54,785 nt of DNA from a virus. Its lineage: Duplodnaviria > Caudoviricetes. The position numbers and the translations under genes are program-made. The DNA lies in the IMG/VR virus record IMGVR_UViG_3300044638_001221, positions 1 to 54,785 of that record; one strand, written 5' to 3'. This document shows positions 29,516 to 37,672 of the stretch, one piece after another (position 1 is the first letter of the stretch; each line of letters starts with the position of its first letter). The notes below the pieces were generated by a model. That model ran no database searches. It was not told the origin of the DNA and saw only the letters and a list, made by a program, of their open reading frames with translations.

Positions 29516-30382
29516 TTAAAGGGATAAACTAAATTTATCAGTCAGGTCATCCATCTTGATGATGATGGACTCGCGCATCTCAGGTGACTCACGCAATGAC
29601 TTGATATCTACATCTACTAACGAACTCTCCAATGCTCTACGCGCCGCTTCTAAGTCGGGGTCGTCCAGCACATTCAATGACTGCAAGGTAGTGCATAGAC
29701 CCAATGCGTTCTCAAGCATGGATGCATACAGCTTCTGCGGCTTGCCGTCTTCCTTGGGCAGCATCTTGGCGCGGATATGTACCACCTCTTGATACAGGCG
29801 TTCCCACGGTACATTCATAGCTTCTTGTACCCGCGACTTCACCGATGCTTCAAACTTATTTTTAAGTTGCAGCGCAGCTTCTGCGGGGATGTCTACGCGG
29901 AAGTCACCCGACTCAGGCACAGGTGCAAAGTGGTAGTGAAAGCCGAACTTGCGGTGCATCTCGCTCTCCATTGGGTACTCTCTGACATCGAACAACTTAC
30001 CCAGCTTGAACGCTTGCGCTGCCACCTTGGTGCTGAAGTTCTGCACAAACGTATCCACTAGTACATTGAACTCTTGCTCACGCTGTGTCAACTCATGGCT
30101 TACATCCATGAACGCCTTGGTAGGTATAAGCCGTGTGCCGCTATCAGACCAAGGTAAAGTCACGCTATACAACCAAGTACGCGATACCCCTGCAAATGAA
30201 TTGATAGCTTCCAAGTCTTTGTCTTCGGCGAACAGATTCTTCTGTACCGATGTAGCCGAAGTCCGCGCACCCTTGGCAACGCTGACCTCAGTAGCCGTGG
30301 CTTTGTCTTGCTTACGGCCTGTATATACGCTGATGTTTAAGTCCAGCAACATGGCGCTGGACGATAGGCTTTTGTGTTTCAT
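29516..30382 (-). CDS. DUF3150-like protein
   Basis: TLPWSDSG.RL, FD..EYP, P..GDFR, LNV.DDP.L; usual neighbour of the AAA/vWA pair. Confidence 0.55.
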   Translation of the reverse strand: MKHKSLSSSAMLLDLNISVYTGRKQDKATATEVSVAKGARTSATSVQKNLFAEDKDLEAINSFAGVSRTWLYSVTLPWSDSGTRLIPTKAFMDVSHELTQREQEFNVLVDTFVQNFSTKVAAQAFKLGKLFDVREYPMESEMHRKFGFHYHFAPVPESGDFRVDIPAEAALQLKNKFEASVKSRVQEAMNVPWERLYQEVVHIRAKMLPKEDGKPQKLYASMLENALGLCTTLQSLNVLDDPDLEAARRALESSLVDVDIKSLRESPEMRESIIIKMDDLTDKFSLSL

Positions 30383-30795
30383 GCTGTTCTCAATAACTCA
30401 ATTGAGTTGTTGGCCTTGTTAGTAAATACCTTATGGGCGTTGTTGCCCCACTCACTTGATGCCATGCTAGAGATAGAGCCCAGCACAGTCATCAACCCCA
30501 CGCCCGCCTGAACCATCTCAGGTGTAAGGAAGAAGGCTTCAACGTCCCCCACTACCATGCGTTTAATGGCTGGCCCGTAAACATTTCGGTATGTGCCATA
30601 CGGCATAAGTGATGGAGCCTTTTTCGCTCGGGTTGGTTTATCAGGGGCAAGTTGGATTACTTCCCCGCCCTTGTTGATAGTCGTGCCATCAGATAGCACG
30701 ATGATGTATCGCGCCTTGCATGCATCAAGTAAGCGTGTTGCTTGCTCGACAGTTTTATGTATAGCGAGGGGTAAAGATTGTGATGTTTCGTTCAT
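30379..30795 (-). CDS. Hypothetical protein
   Basis: GGAG SD; directly behind a promoter. Confidence 0.65.
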   Translation of the reverse strand: MNETSQSLPLAIHKTVEQATRLLDACKARYIIVLSDGTTINKGGEVIQLAPDKPTRAKKAPSLMPYGTYRNVYGPAIKRMVVGDVEAFFLTPEMVQAGVGLMTVLGSISSMASSEWGNNAHKVFTNKANNSIELLRTA

Positions 30796-30828
30796 AGAAG
30801 TTTCTCCATTAAGTTAATTACAAAGTAA

Positions 30829-30857
30829 AGTTTACATTCAAAAGTTGGGTATGTCAA
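30829..30857 (-). promoter_or_regulatory. Sigma70 promoter
   Basis: TTGACA-17-TAAACT on the - strand. Confidence 0.75.
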
Positions 30858-30886
30858 ACATGTTGTGAGGGTTGCTCCAATAAGCT

Positions 30887-30919
30887 CCATAGAGAACCAT
30901 AGAGAACCATAGAGAACCA
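30887..30919. repeat. 10-bp tandem repeat CCATAGAGAA x3
   Basis: Directly visible, intergenic, upstream of the promoter. Confidence 0.9.
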
Positions 30920-30926
30920 CGCAGGG

Positions 30927-31178
30927 TCATAGGATTGGCCTGTCAGCGGTGACCTGCTCGAAATGGTTCTTGGTGCTGTCGATGAACATAGCCACCTGAT
31001 TGACCGTGCAGTTCTCCACCACGTTCCATACGGTGATGTTGTCCACCATCCACTCCTCGACCTCCATCATCTCCATAATCTCATCGTAGGTAAGGTCGTC
31101 GGGGTAGTACGTCAACCATTCGTCCAAGGCAAAGCGCTCGGCTTTGCTAAGTTTGTTTTCTGTTATTGAGCTGTCCAT
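30927..31178 (-). CDS. Small acidic hypothetical protein
   Basis: AAGGAG SD before MDSSIT. Confidence 0.6.
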   Translation of the reverse strand: MDSSITENKLSKAERFALDEWLTYYPDDLTYDEIMEMMEVEEWMVDNITVWNVVENCTVNQVAMFIDSTKNHFEQVTADRPIL

Positions 31179-31369
31179 GATGTCTCCTTTTGATGTTGGT
31201 AAAAAGTAATCCTGTGCTTGCAGTAGTGCGGCGCAATCCAATCAAGGTTTGTCTCTTCGGCGTACGCTTCTGCTGCATCCATATCCATAAACCGTGCGTC
31301 ACTTACGCTATGCACGATAGCTTCGTCATCAATGAACTCGATGACCCCAAATAATATAAGTACCTTCAT
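31163..31369 (-). CDS. Hypothetical protein
   Basis: ATGA-coupled early ORF. Confidence 0.55.
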   Translation of the reverse strand: MKVLILFGVIEFIDDEAIVHSVSDARFMDMDAAEAYAEETNLDWIAPHYCKHRITFYQHQKETSWTAQ

Positions 31370-31647
31370 TTGCTTTCTCCTTTAAGTTTGTCTGGTATCT
31401 CTAACCCGTCAGCATGCAGCATCGCAATGCCCACAGCCCACGGTATGTCGTGCGTCTGCTCCCAATCCTTGGTGTCGCCGTCATCGTTGTGCAAACTTAT
31501 GGTGAAGTAGCAATCCTTGAACCCCGTGTCAAACGTCAGGCGTAAGTCCACAGAGGTGTTGCCCTTGTCGGGTAGTGCGTATAACTCTTTTTCGTAGTCG
31601 TTGTAAGCGCCGTACGAGTGGACAGGTGTCCATGTGTTTGTTTTCAT
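31366..31647 (-). CDS. Hypothetical protein
   Basis: SD and coupled stop. Confidence 0.6.
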   Translation of the reverse strand: MKTNTWTPVHSYGAYNDYEKELYALPDKGNTSVDLRLTFDTGFKDCYFTISLHNDDGDTKDWEQTHDIPWAVGIAMLHADGLEIPDKLKGESK

Positions 31648-31656
31648 AGTTGCCTT

Positions 31657-32751
31657 TCAGTGGGTTGGTTGATATAAACGGTCGAACAAGTCAGTCAATA
31701 CAGCATGTGTATCGAAGCACTCCAGCATGTCTTCTGCATCTTTCAATACCTTCTTGGTGAGTTTCTTTTTGTTCAAGAACTTGAACGCGAACTCGGGGTC
31801 TTGGGGGTAGCACGCATCACCAATCAGATAGAACAAGTCATCGGTCAGGCCGAACCCAGCGTCAGTCATGGCGTCAAAGAGCATTTCTTTATCCATGTCT
31901 AGGTCTGCGTCTGACCATGCGATGGCTGATTGCTGCCAGTTTCCTGTCCACGCTTTCGGGGCGTAGCACTTGTCGTCCACCTCGCCAGCTTTCCTACTAG
32001 TAGGAAGTTTGTCCCACGGCACATTCAGTACCGTCTTAGCCAGCGCTTCGTAGTGGAAGATGTTCAACGACTCTTTGTCGGTATGCTCTCGCTCATAGCC
32101 CACGCTGATGTTGGTGCATTCGGGTATGTAGTTGATGAACTCTGCCGTGTCGGTATACACACCTGTGTCGTCAGGCGAATACATGAAGTCAGGGTGGCTG
32201 TTCAACGCATCGCTCAACGCTTGTGCAAACGCATCACTACAACACCTGCCCCACCCTTGGTGCGAGATGACGCTGTCAATGCCCCTGCGGTCAAACGCAA
32301 TCGCCCTGTCGAACTCACCCAGTAACGCGCTGTGGTTCTCAGATAGGTAGGCCGCACCTATGCCGCCGCACTCTTCACCTTGTGTGAATACATAGTAGCC
32401 AGCAACATTGGCATGCAGCATATGCATCAGCATCGCACAACCCGCGCCATCGTCCGCACCCAGCGGTGCGCCATCTGCGTACCACATGTTCTTGGTCTTA
32501 CGCATCTTGTTCGGGCCATCCTCACGATGCACCGTGTCCACATGGGCAACGAATAGCGTACGGCTTGCTGCGTCATGCCTGTTGTCCACATGCAGGTTGC
32601 CCGCACCGTCTACCCATATGCGTTCGTTCACGCGTTCAGGCACAGCATTGGCAAGCCACTCGGTAAAGTACGCAACAGCCTTACCCTTATGCCCACGCTT
32701 GATAGACAAGGCACGGCACAGAGTTACATACAACATAGATTTCTTATTCAT
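31657..32751 (-). CDS. Zn-dependent peptidase, M28/M20-like
   Basis: AHVDTV, LGADDGAG, GEECG, AFDRRG, YTD, NISVGY..EH metal ligands. Confidence 0.85.
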   Translation of the reverse strand: MNKKSMLYVTLCRALSIKRGHKGKAVAYFTEWLANAVPERVNERIWVDGAGNLHVDNRHDAASRTLFVAHVDTVHREDGPNKMRKTKNMWYADGAPLGADDGAGCAMLMHMLHANVAGYYVFTQGEECGGIGAAYLSENHSALLGEFDRAIAFDRRGIDSVISHQGWGRCCSDAFAQALSDALNSHPDFMYSPDDTGVYTDTAEFINYIPECTNISVGYEREHTDKESLNIFHYEALAKTVLNVPWDKLPTSRKAGEVDDKCYAPKAWTGNWQQSAIAWSDADLDMDKEMLFDAMTDAGFGLTDDLFYLIGDACYPQDPEFAFKFLNKKKLTKKVLKDAEDMLECFDTHAVLTDLFDRLYQPTH

Positions 32752-32798
32752 ACATTCTTTCCAGTTTCGGTTAAGTTAAAGTTTCCTACAAGTAGGAA

Positions 32799-34181
32799 TT
32801 ATTCGGTAGTCTCAGGCGCTTCATCGGGGTGATACTTATCGCCATCTACCTCAACACATTCGGTATGGAAGTACCAATTGTCAGTCGCCGTACATTGCCA
32901 GCAGTCGTCTTTGAGTTTCGACTCACCATCGGTATCTTCAGGGGCACACACATCGTCATCGTCATGGTCATACCACACGCCATCGACACACACGGCATCG
33001 TCTATGTGTATGACCATATCTTCTTCATCGTGCAGGTACACCATGTTGTTGTCCGCAAGGTGGCTGCGGTGGTAGTAGTTGCCATCCCCATCTTCAACCG
33101 AATACTCGTTGTCGAAGTAGTAGGTGTTGCCGTTCCGCCCGTCACCGCTGACATAGTTGTCGTGAAGGCAGTTCTCGCACACATGGCGGTCTTCGTGATA
33201 GCCCACCCAGTACCCATCGCCATCGCTGACACTGTCGCCACAGTCCTCACACTGTTGCCCATCATCTACGGGTGACGCACTGCCGCCTGTCGAGTTGCAC
33301 TCAAACTCAGGGTCATCCTCTGTAATCCGCAAGTACCCCTCGCTGCGGTTCACGACCACGCCCTTTGTATCGCCGTCAATGTACGGGGCAAGGAAGTCGT
33401 CACCCGATGCTGCGAGGTACCGCAGCTTCTCGCCATTGTTGTACGCGCTCTGTTTGTCATAGCCCTGCTCAACCAGCCATGCTTCGAGCATCTCGTCTGA
33501 GGGTGAGTACCCAGCGGTCGCCTTGTACGAGCGCACCCAGTACTTGCCACGCTTGCCGTCTATGCACAACGCACGCCCTACTGTCTGCCCACCCTCGATA
33601 CGCACAGCCATGTGCCATCCATACTTGGGGTCATAGCATGAGTACGGGTGGCTGTCGTAGTCCGCATCTTCTTCTTTGTAGCTGTCCCACACCATGCACG
33701 ACTTCGGCCCCCGATGCAGGTGTCCAATCATGTCGTCTGTGGTGTAGACAAACTTACACCCTGTCGCCCCGTGCGCCGCAACCAAGTCACGAATGGCGTG
33801 GTCAGGCAGGTTGGAGAAGTGCATGCGCAGGTACTTGCCCAAAGATGTAATAGTCTGCAAGTTAGACTCACCCTTGCGCTCGTTCTGTGTGTACGCCAGC
33901 CTAGTGGGGTCTGTGTCTGCGCTATGCGGCCATTGCAGCAGCAACTCTTGCCAGTCGTTGGGTCGTGACATACGCATGGCTTTGCGTACTGCGGGGTGCA
34001 GGTTCGCGCTGTACTGCTCACGCCTGTGCCACTCACGCCCAAGCTGCACCTCTTGCTGCTCCCACCCATTGTTGGCGCTCGGCGGTATCGTCTGCCACCA
34101 GCCAGCCAAGATGCGGGCACTTGTGTCAAAGATGTTTTCCATGTCATCGGCGTTGTAGCCTGCTTCGGTATATGTTGCCAT
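32799..34181 (-). CDS. Early protein with an SCM/GRAL domain and acidic Cys-rich C-terminal repeats
   Basis: GKYL, GPKSCM, GRAL, APYID, CEDC..CENC. GAGG SD before MATYTE. Confidence 0.7.
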   Translation of the reverse strand: MATYTEAGYNADDMENIFDTSARILAGWWQTIPPSANNGWEQQEVQLGREWHRREQYSANLHPAVRKAMRMSRPNDWQELLLQWPHSADTDPTRLAYTQNERKGESNLQTITSLGKYLRMHFSNLPDHAIRDLVAAHGATGCKFVYTTDDMIGHLHRGPKSCMVWDSYKEEDADYDSHPYSCYDPKYGWHMAVRIEGGQTVGRALCIDGKRGKYWVRSYKATAGYSPSDEMLEAWLVEQGYDKQSAYNNGEKLRYLAASGDDFLAPYIDGDTKGVVVNRSEGYLRITEDDPEFECNSTGGSASPVDDGQQCEDCGDSVSDGDGYWVGYHEDRHVCENCLHDNYVSGDGRNGNTYYFDNEYSVEDGDGNYYHRSHLADNNMVYLHDEEDMVIHIDDAVCVDGVWYDHDDDDVCAPEDTDGESKLKDDCWQCTATDNWYFHTECVEVDGDKYHPDEAPETTE

Positions 34182-34256
34182 ACCATACCTCTTTCTAGTT
34201 ACAGATACCCTGTGAGTCGGCACAGGGCAAACCGTTTTTCCTACAGGTAGGAATTT

Positions 34257-34469
34257 CTAAGTCCTCTTTGGATTCAATTGTTTAAGTACTTCCATGTCTG
34301 TTACGAGCAAGTAATTACTTTTGTTCATAGGCACTATTGTATGCTTATGTTTGGCTGCTGTCAACTCACCGCATGACATGCATGTGCGATACCCTAGTGC
34401 GTATCGTGCAGGTGGTATGCGTTCCACATAGCATGTCAGGCAGGTGTAGTTGTGGTAGTGCGCCATCAT
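34257..34469 (-). CDS. Small C4 zinc-finger protein (DksA/TraR-finger-like)
   Basis: CLTC..IPPAR..LGY.TCMSCGE..P..KSNY. Confidence 0.65.
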   Translation of the reverse strand: MMAHYHNYTCLTCYVERIPPARYALGYRTCMSCGELTAAKHKHTIVPMNKSNYLLVTDMEVLKQLNPKRT

Positions 34470-34627
34470 CTCTCCACGAGTTCTTCAACGATGGACAAGA
34501 GCAGCCATCCACCCATCCAGCCCGCACCCATGCAGAACAGCTTGGCAAACAGTCCTTCGGTCGTCAGCCCAAGGAACAGACAGGCGCACATAAGCACCGC
34601 CATAATGAGTACTTGTAATCTAGTCAT
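34466..34627 (-). CDS. Small two-TM membrane protein (53 aa)
   Basis: Read by hand: MTRLQVLIMAVLMCACLFLGLTTEGLFAKLFCMGAGWMGGWLLLSIVEELVER*. ATGA overlaps on both sides. Confidence 0.6.
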   Translation of the reverse strand: MTRLQVLIMAVLMCACLFLGLTTEGLFAKLFCMGAGWMGGWLLLSIVEELVER

Positions 34628-34878
34628 TTCAGTAACCCCTTCTCAAACATACGCTCCAGCATTGCGCTGTGAATAACTGAATAGCCCAAGTCCTTGCCCT
34701 TGGTTTCCATCCACTCCATCTCTTGCTCGGGGCTCAGTCCGAACGCCCCTGCGTTGCAACAGCACCAATGGATAGCAACATTGAAGTCAGCAGCCGAGTC
34801 GAACCATGTGCCATCGGGTGCAACGCACCCATAAAAAATGTCTTGGATGGTGCGCTTAAATTCTTTCCATGTAGTCAT
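34624..34878 (-). CDS. Hypothetical protein
   Basis: Coupled early ORF. Confidence 0.55.
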   Translation of the reverse strand: MTTWKEFKRTIQDIFYGCVAPDGTWFDSAADFNVAIHWCCCNAGAFGLSPEQEMEWMETKGKDLGYSVIHSAMLERMFEKGLLK

Positions 34879-35102
34879 TTGCTTTTCCCTTTCTTTTCAA
34901 ATGTGCCAAGCCATTGTGTGCCTTCGACTTGGGGTTGATACCTCTTGATGTCGTAGTCTTCGGTGTGGGGTAGCGGCACAAGGTAGAGGTTGTAAGTCTC
35001 GCCTTCTTTGTCCATCAGTTGCAGTAGCTGACGCAGGTCGCGGGTTGCGTTGGTCGTCATCCATGTGTACACGCTTGATGCGTAGAAGTGGAAGTCGGTC
35101 AT
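34875..35102 (-). CDS. Hypothetical protein
   Basis: Coupled early ORF; Y.I..YQPQVEG. Confidence 0.6.
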   Translation of the reverse strand: MTDFHFYASSVYTWMTTNATRDLRQLLQLMDKEGETYNLYLVPLPHTEDYDIKRYQPQVEGTQWLGTFEKKGKSK

Positions 35103-35284
35103 TTCACTACCCCTTTTTCGCTGATAAATAAATATTCTTCTGGTTCTTGCTCGCGTAGTTCTACTAGCTCTTCGAGGTAGCGGGTTATTTCGATACGCAA
35201 ATACTCAGGCAGGGTTTCCCACATGGATTCGGTTTTGCCATCACTCCACTTGAAGTTAAGCGTACAGTTTGTTACGGTTTTCAT
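35099..35284 (-). CDS. Hypothetical protein
   Basis: First ORF after the long leader; AAAGG SD. Confidence 0.6.
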   Translation of the reverse strand: MKTVTNCTLNFKWSDGKTESMWETLPEYLRIEITRYLEELVELREQEPEEYLFISEKGVVK

Positions 35285-35324
35285 ATATACCTTTCAGTTT
35301 CGAAATTTCCTACAGGTAGGAAGT

Positions 35325-35868
35325 AGTGCGGTATGCACCCACAAGCCCACAGAATGAGCTTGCAGTTGTCTACAACTTGTTAAACGACATAGTGTCCAGC
35401 CACTATGCGCATCGTCTTCGTTTGGTTTGATTCGCATCCACGATAGGTCTTGTCGTTCGCACATCTCCCCTTGTTACAGGGCTTGCGTTCCGCTTGGTTG
35501 GGGGTCATTGCATAGGCGCGGCGAATCATCAGGGCGGGTGTGCCCCAGTAATAGATAGTTGATTGCCGTTAGCTATGCACCACAGGCGATGCCTGCTGTT
35601 GTCTCATCCAATAGGGGTGCGCGATGCACCCCGACCATTTAAGTGGTAAGTACTTTTTATGACCTCTGTTACCAAGGTCATACGCCGACTGCCTACGGCA
35701 CGCCTTGTCGCACAGGAAGTATTCTCACAGACAGTTTCTCTTTGCTTGGCATAAAGCCATTCGTTGACAGTCTGATTCCTACTATGTGCTTCTCGTATAC
35801 ATTACTTCCGAGCGGCGGGTATTCCAAGCCATTGTTGGTGGCTTGTGGTAAACATGTTATTAAAGAAC
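35325..35868 (-). ncRNA. Candidate large structured non-coding RNA or long early leader
   Basis: More than 10 hairpins or long-range stems, two GUAACA loops, no credible ORF, downstream of a consensus promoter, bracketed by two palindromes. Confidence 0.55.
35857..35868 (-). promoter_or_regulatory. boxA-like antitermination element
   Basis: GTTCTTTAATAA on the - strand (consensus GCTCTTTAACAA), followed by a CAAGCCA/TGGCTTG hairpin. Confidence 0.5.
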
Positions 35869-35933
35869 TTCCTACTGGTAGGAGATTTTCCTACACTTGG
35901 GAAACCACGATGGATTTCCACTTATTAAGACAT

Positions 35934-35962
35934 AGTATAACACAACTAGAGCGTATTGTCAA
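35934..35962 (-). promoter_or_regulatory. Strong sigma70 early promoter
   Basis: TTGACA-17-TATACT with an extended TG. Confidence 0.8.
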
Positions 35963-36004
35963 GTCAGAACAAGTGGAAACAAGCGGCGAATATATCAAAC
36001 AATA

Positions 36005-36505
36005 CTACCGCATACGGGTTATCTCAAGGGCGTTCTCGTTGCCTATGCGCTTGCTCTTGAAGCGTTTACCATCTACCTTCTTGTTGTAGTAGGAAATCAT
36101 GGACTGTATGTTGTGCGCCAGCGCATCAGGTACGATGAACGACTCTCTGTATTTAAGTTCTTTCAAGCGGGTCTTTGCGTCCACACTTGCGCGTATCAAA
36201 TCCTTGCCCTTGTGCTGGTCGCGCATGGCGTGTGCCAGTAGCTGAGTTTTGTTCTCTGCCACATCGTTGATAAATGTTGCGCTTGTATTTATGCGGCGGT
36301 CGATGGCTTTGTTCACCATGACTGCATCTATCGTGGCGGTTGGCAGTTCCATGTCATCCAGCCCATCGAACAAATCCGCATACTTGGTGGTGGCAAGTGC
36401 AGACAGCTTGCGGTTGGGTTCGGGCAGAACGCCGCTCATCTTGTGCGGGTTGCGTTCCGATGTGGGTGCGTTAAACATGGTGTTGAAGTCGTTGAGTAGT
36501 GACAT
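36005..36505 (-). CDS. Hypothetical early protein
   Basis: AAGGA SD; 166 aa. Confidence 0.6.
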   Translation of the reverse strand: MSLLNDFNTMFNAPTSERNPHKMSGVLPEPNRKLSALATTKYADLFDGLDDMELPTATIDAVMVNKAIDRRINTSATFINDVAENKTQLLAHAMRDQHKGKDLIRASVDAKTRLKELKYRESFIVPDALAHNIQSMISYYNKKVDGKRFKSKRIGNENALEITRMR

Positions 36506-37016
36506 GGTGTTCCTTGTGTTCTGTGTTCCAATCAGATTATGCGTGTACTCAGAGGGGAAGTCAATAGGAACGATGTGGTAAAAGATAATGGAAGTGTGTA
36601 GATGGTAATGGAAGATAGCAAATTAGGTGTTTTTGTTCCATGTGTACGCAAAAGTCTGGTTTTTGAAAATAAAACCTAGCCGTATTTCCGAACATGCTGC
36701 GCCTAACCGAACGAACAGAAAACCCACAAAAAATAGAAGTTCCTACCAGTAGGAAAAATTCCCAGCCCCAAACCCACAAAACCAAAGAAACGAGAACACA
36801 CTACTAACTAATAATAATATATATCTATATCTCTCTCTCTCTCATGTGCTATTCTTGATTGGTTGCTACTAAACGATATCAAACAGCATGTTCTGATAGC
36901 GACCAAGAACTTTTGTGTACAGGCGTGGTTGCTTAGAACATAGAACGCATGGTTGCATGGGTGCTTTGGCGTGGTTGCTACGGCGTAGACCCCACCAGTT
37001 CTCTACCAGTTCCCAG

Positions 37017-37084
37017 AAAAAAAAATAAAAAACCCGCATGGCGCAAACCAAGCGGGCAAGAAAAAACCCCTCTTGCGAGGGGTT
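37017..37084 (-). terminator. Two tandem rho-independent terminators
   Basis: AACCCCTC-GCAA-GAGGGGTT plus U-tract, then CCCGC..GCGGG plus U-tract on the - strand. Confidence 0.8.
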
Positions 37085-37110
37085 CTGAAAAATCCTACAG
37101 GTAGGAAAAT

Positions 37111-37581
37111 TTATTCTTTGATTTCGTACCCTTCCGATTCAAGGTAGGCTTGGATAATTTCGGACAATGTGCCCTCATCATTTTGAAATGCGGTTTCAAA
37201 GTCTGACACTAAACCCGCAAAATCTTTGTGAGAAAAGAGCTTCGCAAGTAACGCGTGTACTTCGCTTGGCGCTTTGTCTTTCCCGCCTTTGGCTTTGCCC
37301 TTGGATGCACTAAAAGAAAATGGCGTGCCCTCGTTAACTGCAGCGACAATGGCGGTCATATAGTTAGCCACAGTCTTTGCCGATACACCTTTGAATGTAG
37401 CTTTCATTGCGTCTTGTAATGTTGCACGGTTAACGCAAGTCTTGACAGACTTACCAAATTTCAAGCCCGCCTTTTTGCAGTCAGTGATTTTGGTGTTTAT
37501 CACTTCCAAAGCATTGTGCCCACTATGCACTGCAGCGACAATGGATTTAATTGTGCCGATTGAATCGAATGATGTAGTCAT
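37111..37581 (-). CDS. Monocistronic immediate-early protein
   Basis: 156 aa, own promoter and terminators, AGGGG SD. Confidence 0.7.
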   Translation of the reverse strand: MTTSFDSIGTIKSIVAAVHSGHNALEVINTKITDCKKAGLKFGKSVKTCVNRATLQDAMKATFKGVSAKTVANYMTAIVAAVNEGTPFSFSASKGKAKGGKDKAPSEVHALLAKLFSHKDFAGLVSDFETAFQNDEGTLSEIIQAYLESEGYEIKE

Positions 37582-37643
37582 AAAATACCCCTAAAGTTAC
37601 TAGGTATCGGTAGAGATAAAACACTCTTTGAACCGATAAATGC

Positions 37644-37672
37644 ATTATGCGCCCTTTTAATCACTTTGTCAA
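37644..37672 (-). promoter_or_regulatory. Sigma70 promoter
   Basis: TTGACA-17-CATAAT on the - strand. Confidence 0.75.

Noticed and set aside
35480-35560. Hammerhead ribozyme (CUGAUGA on the - strand after a GGGC/GCCC stem)
   Set aside because: No stem II followed by GAAA and no correctly placed NUH; the UGAUU pairs with an upstream AAUCA instead.
35325-35868. tRNA or tmRNA
   Set aside because: No T-arm GTTCRA with an acceptor stem/CCA and no tmRNA termini recognised.
35643-36089. 148-aa + strand ORF
   Set aside because: Antisense to the early arm, no SD, runs across the promoter and palindrome, non-protein-like composition.
36561-37051. Short ORFs 36561-36785 and 36869-37051
   Set aside because: Low-complexity F/W/C-rich translations of a repeat-rich non-coding block; no SD.
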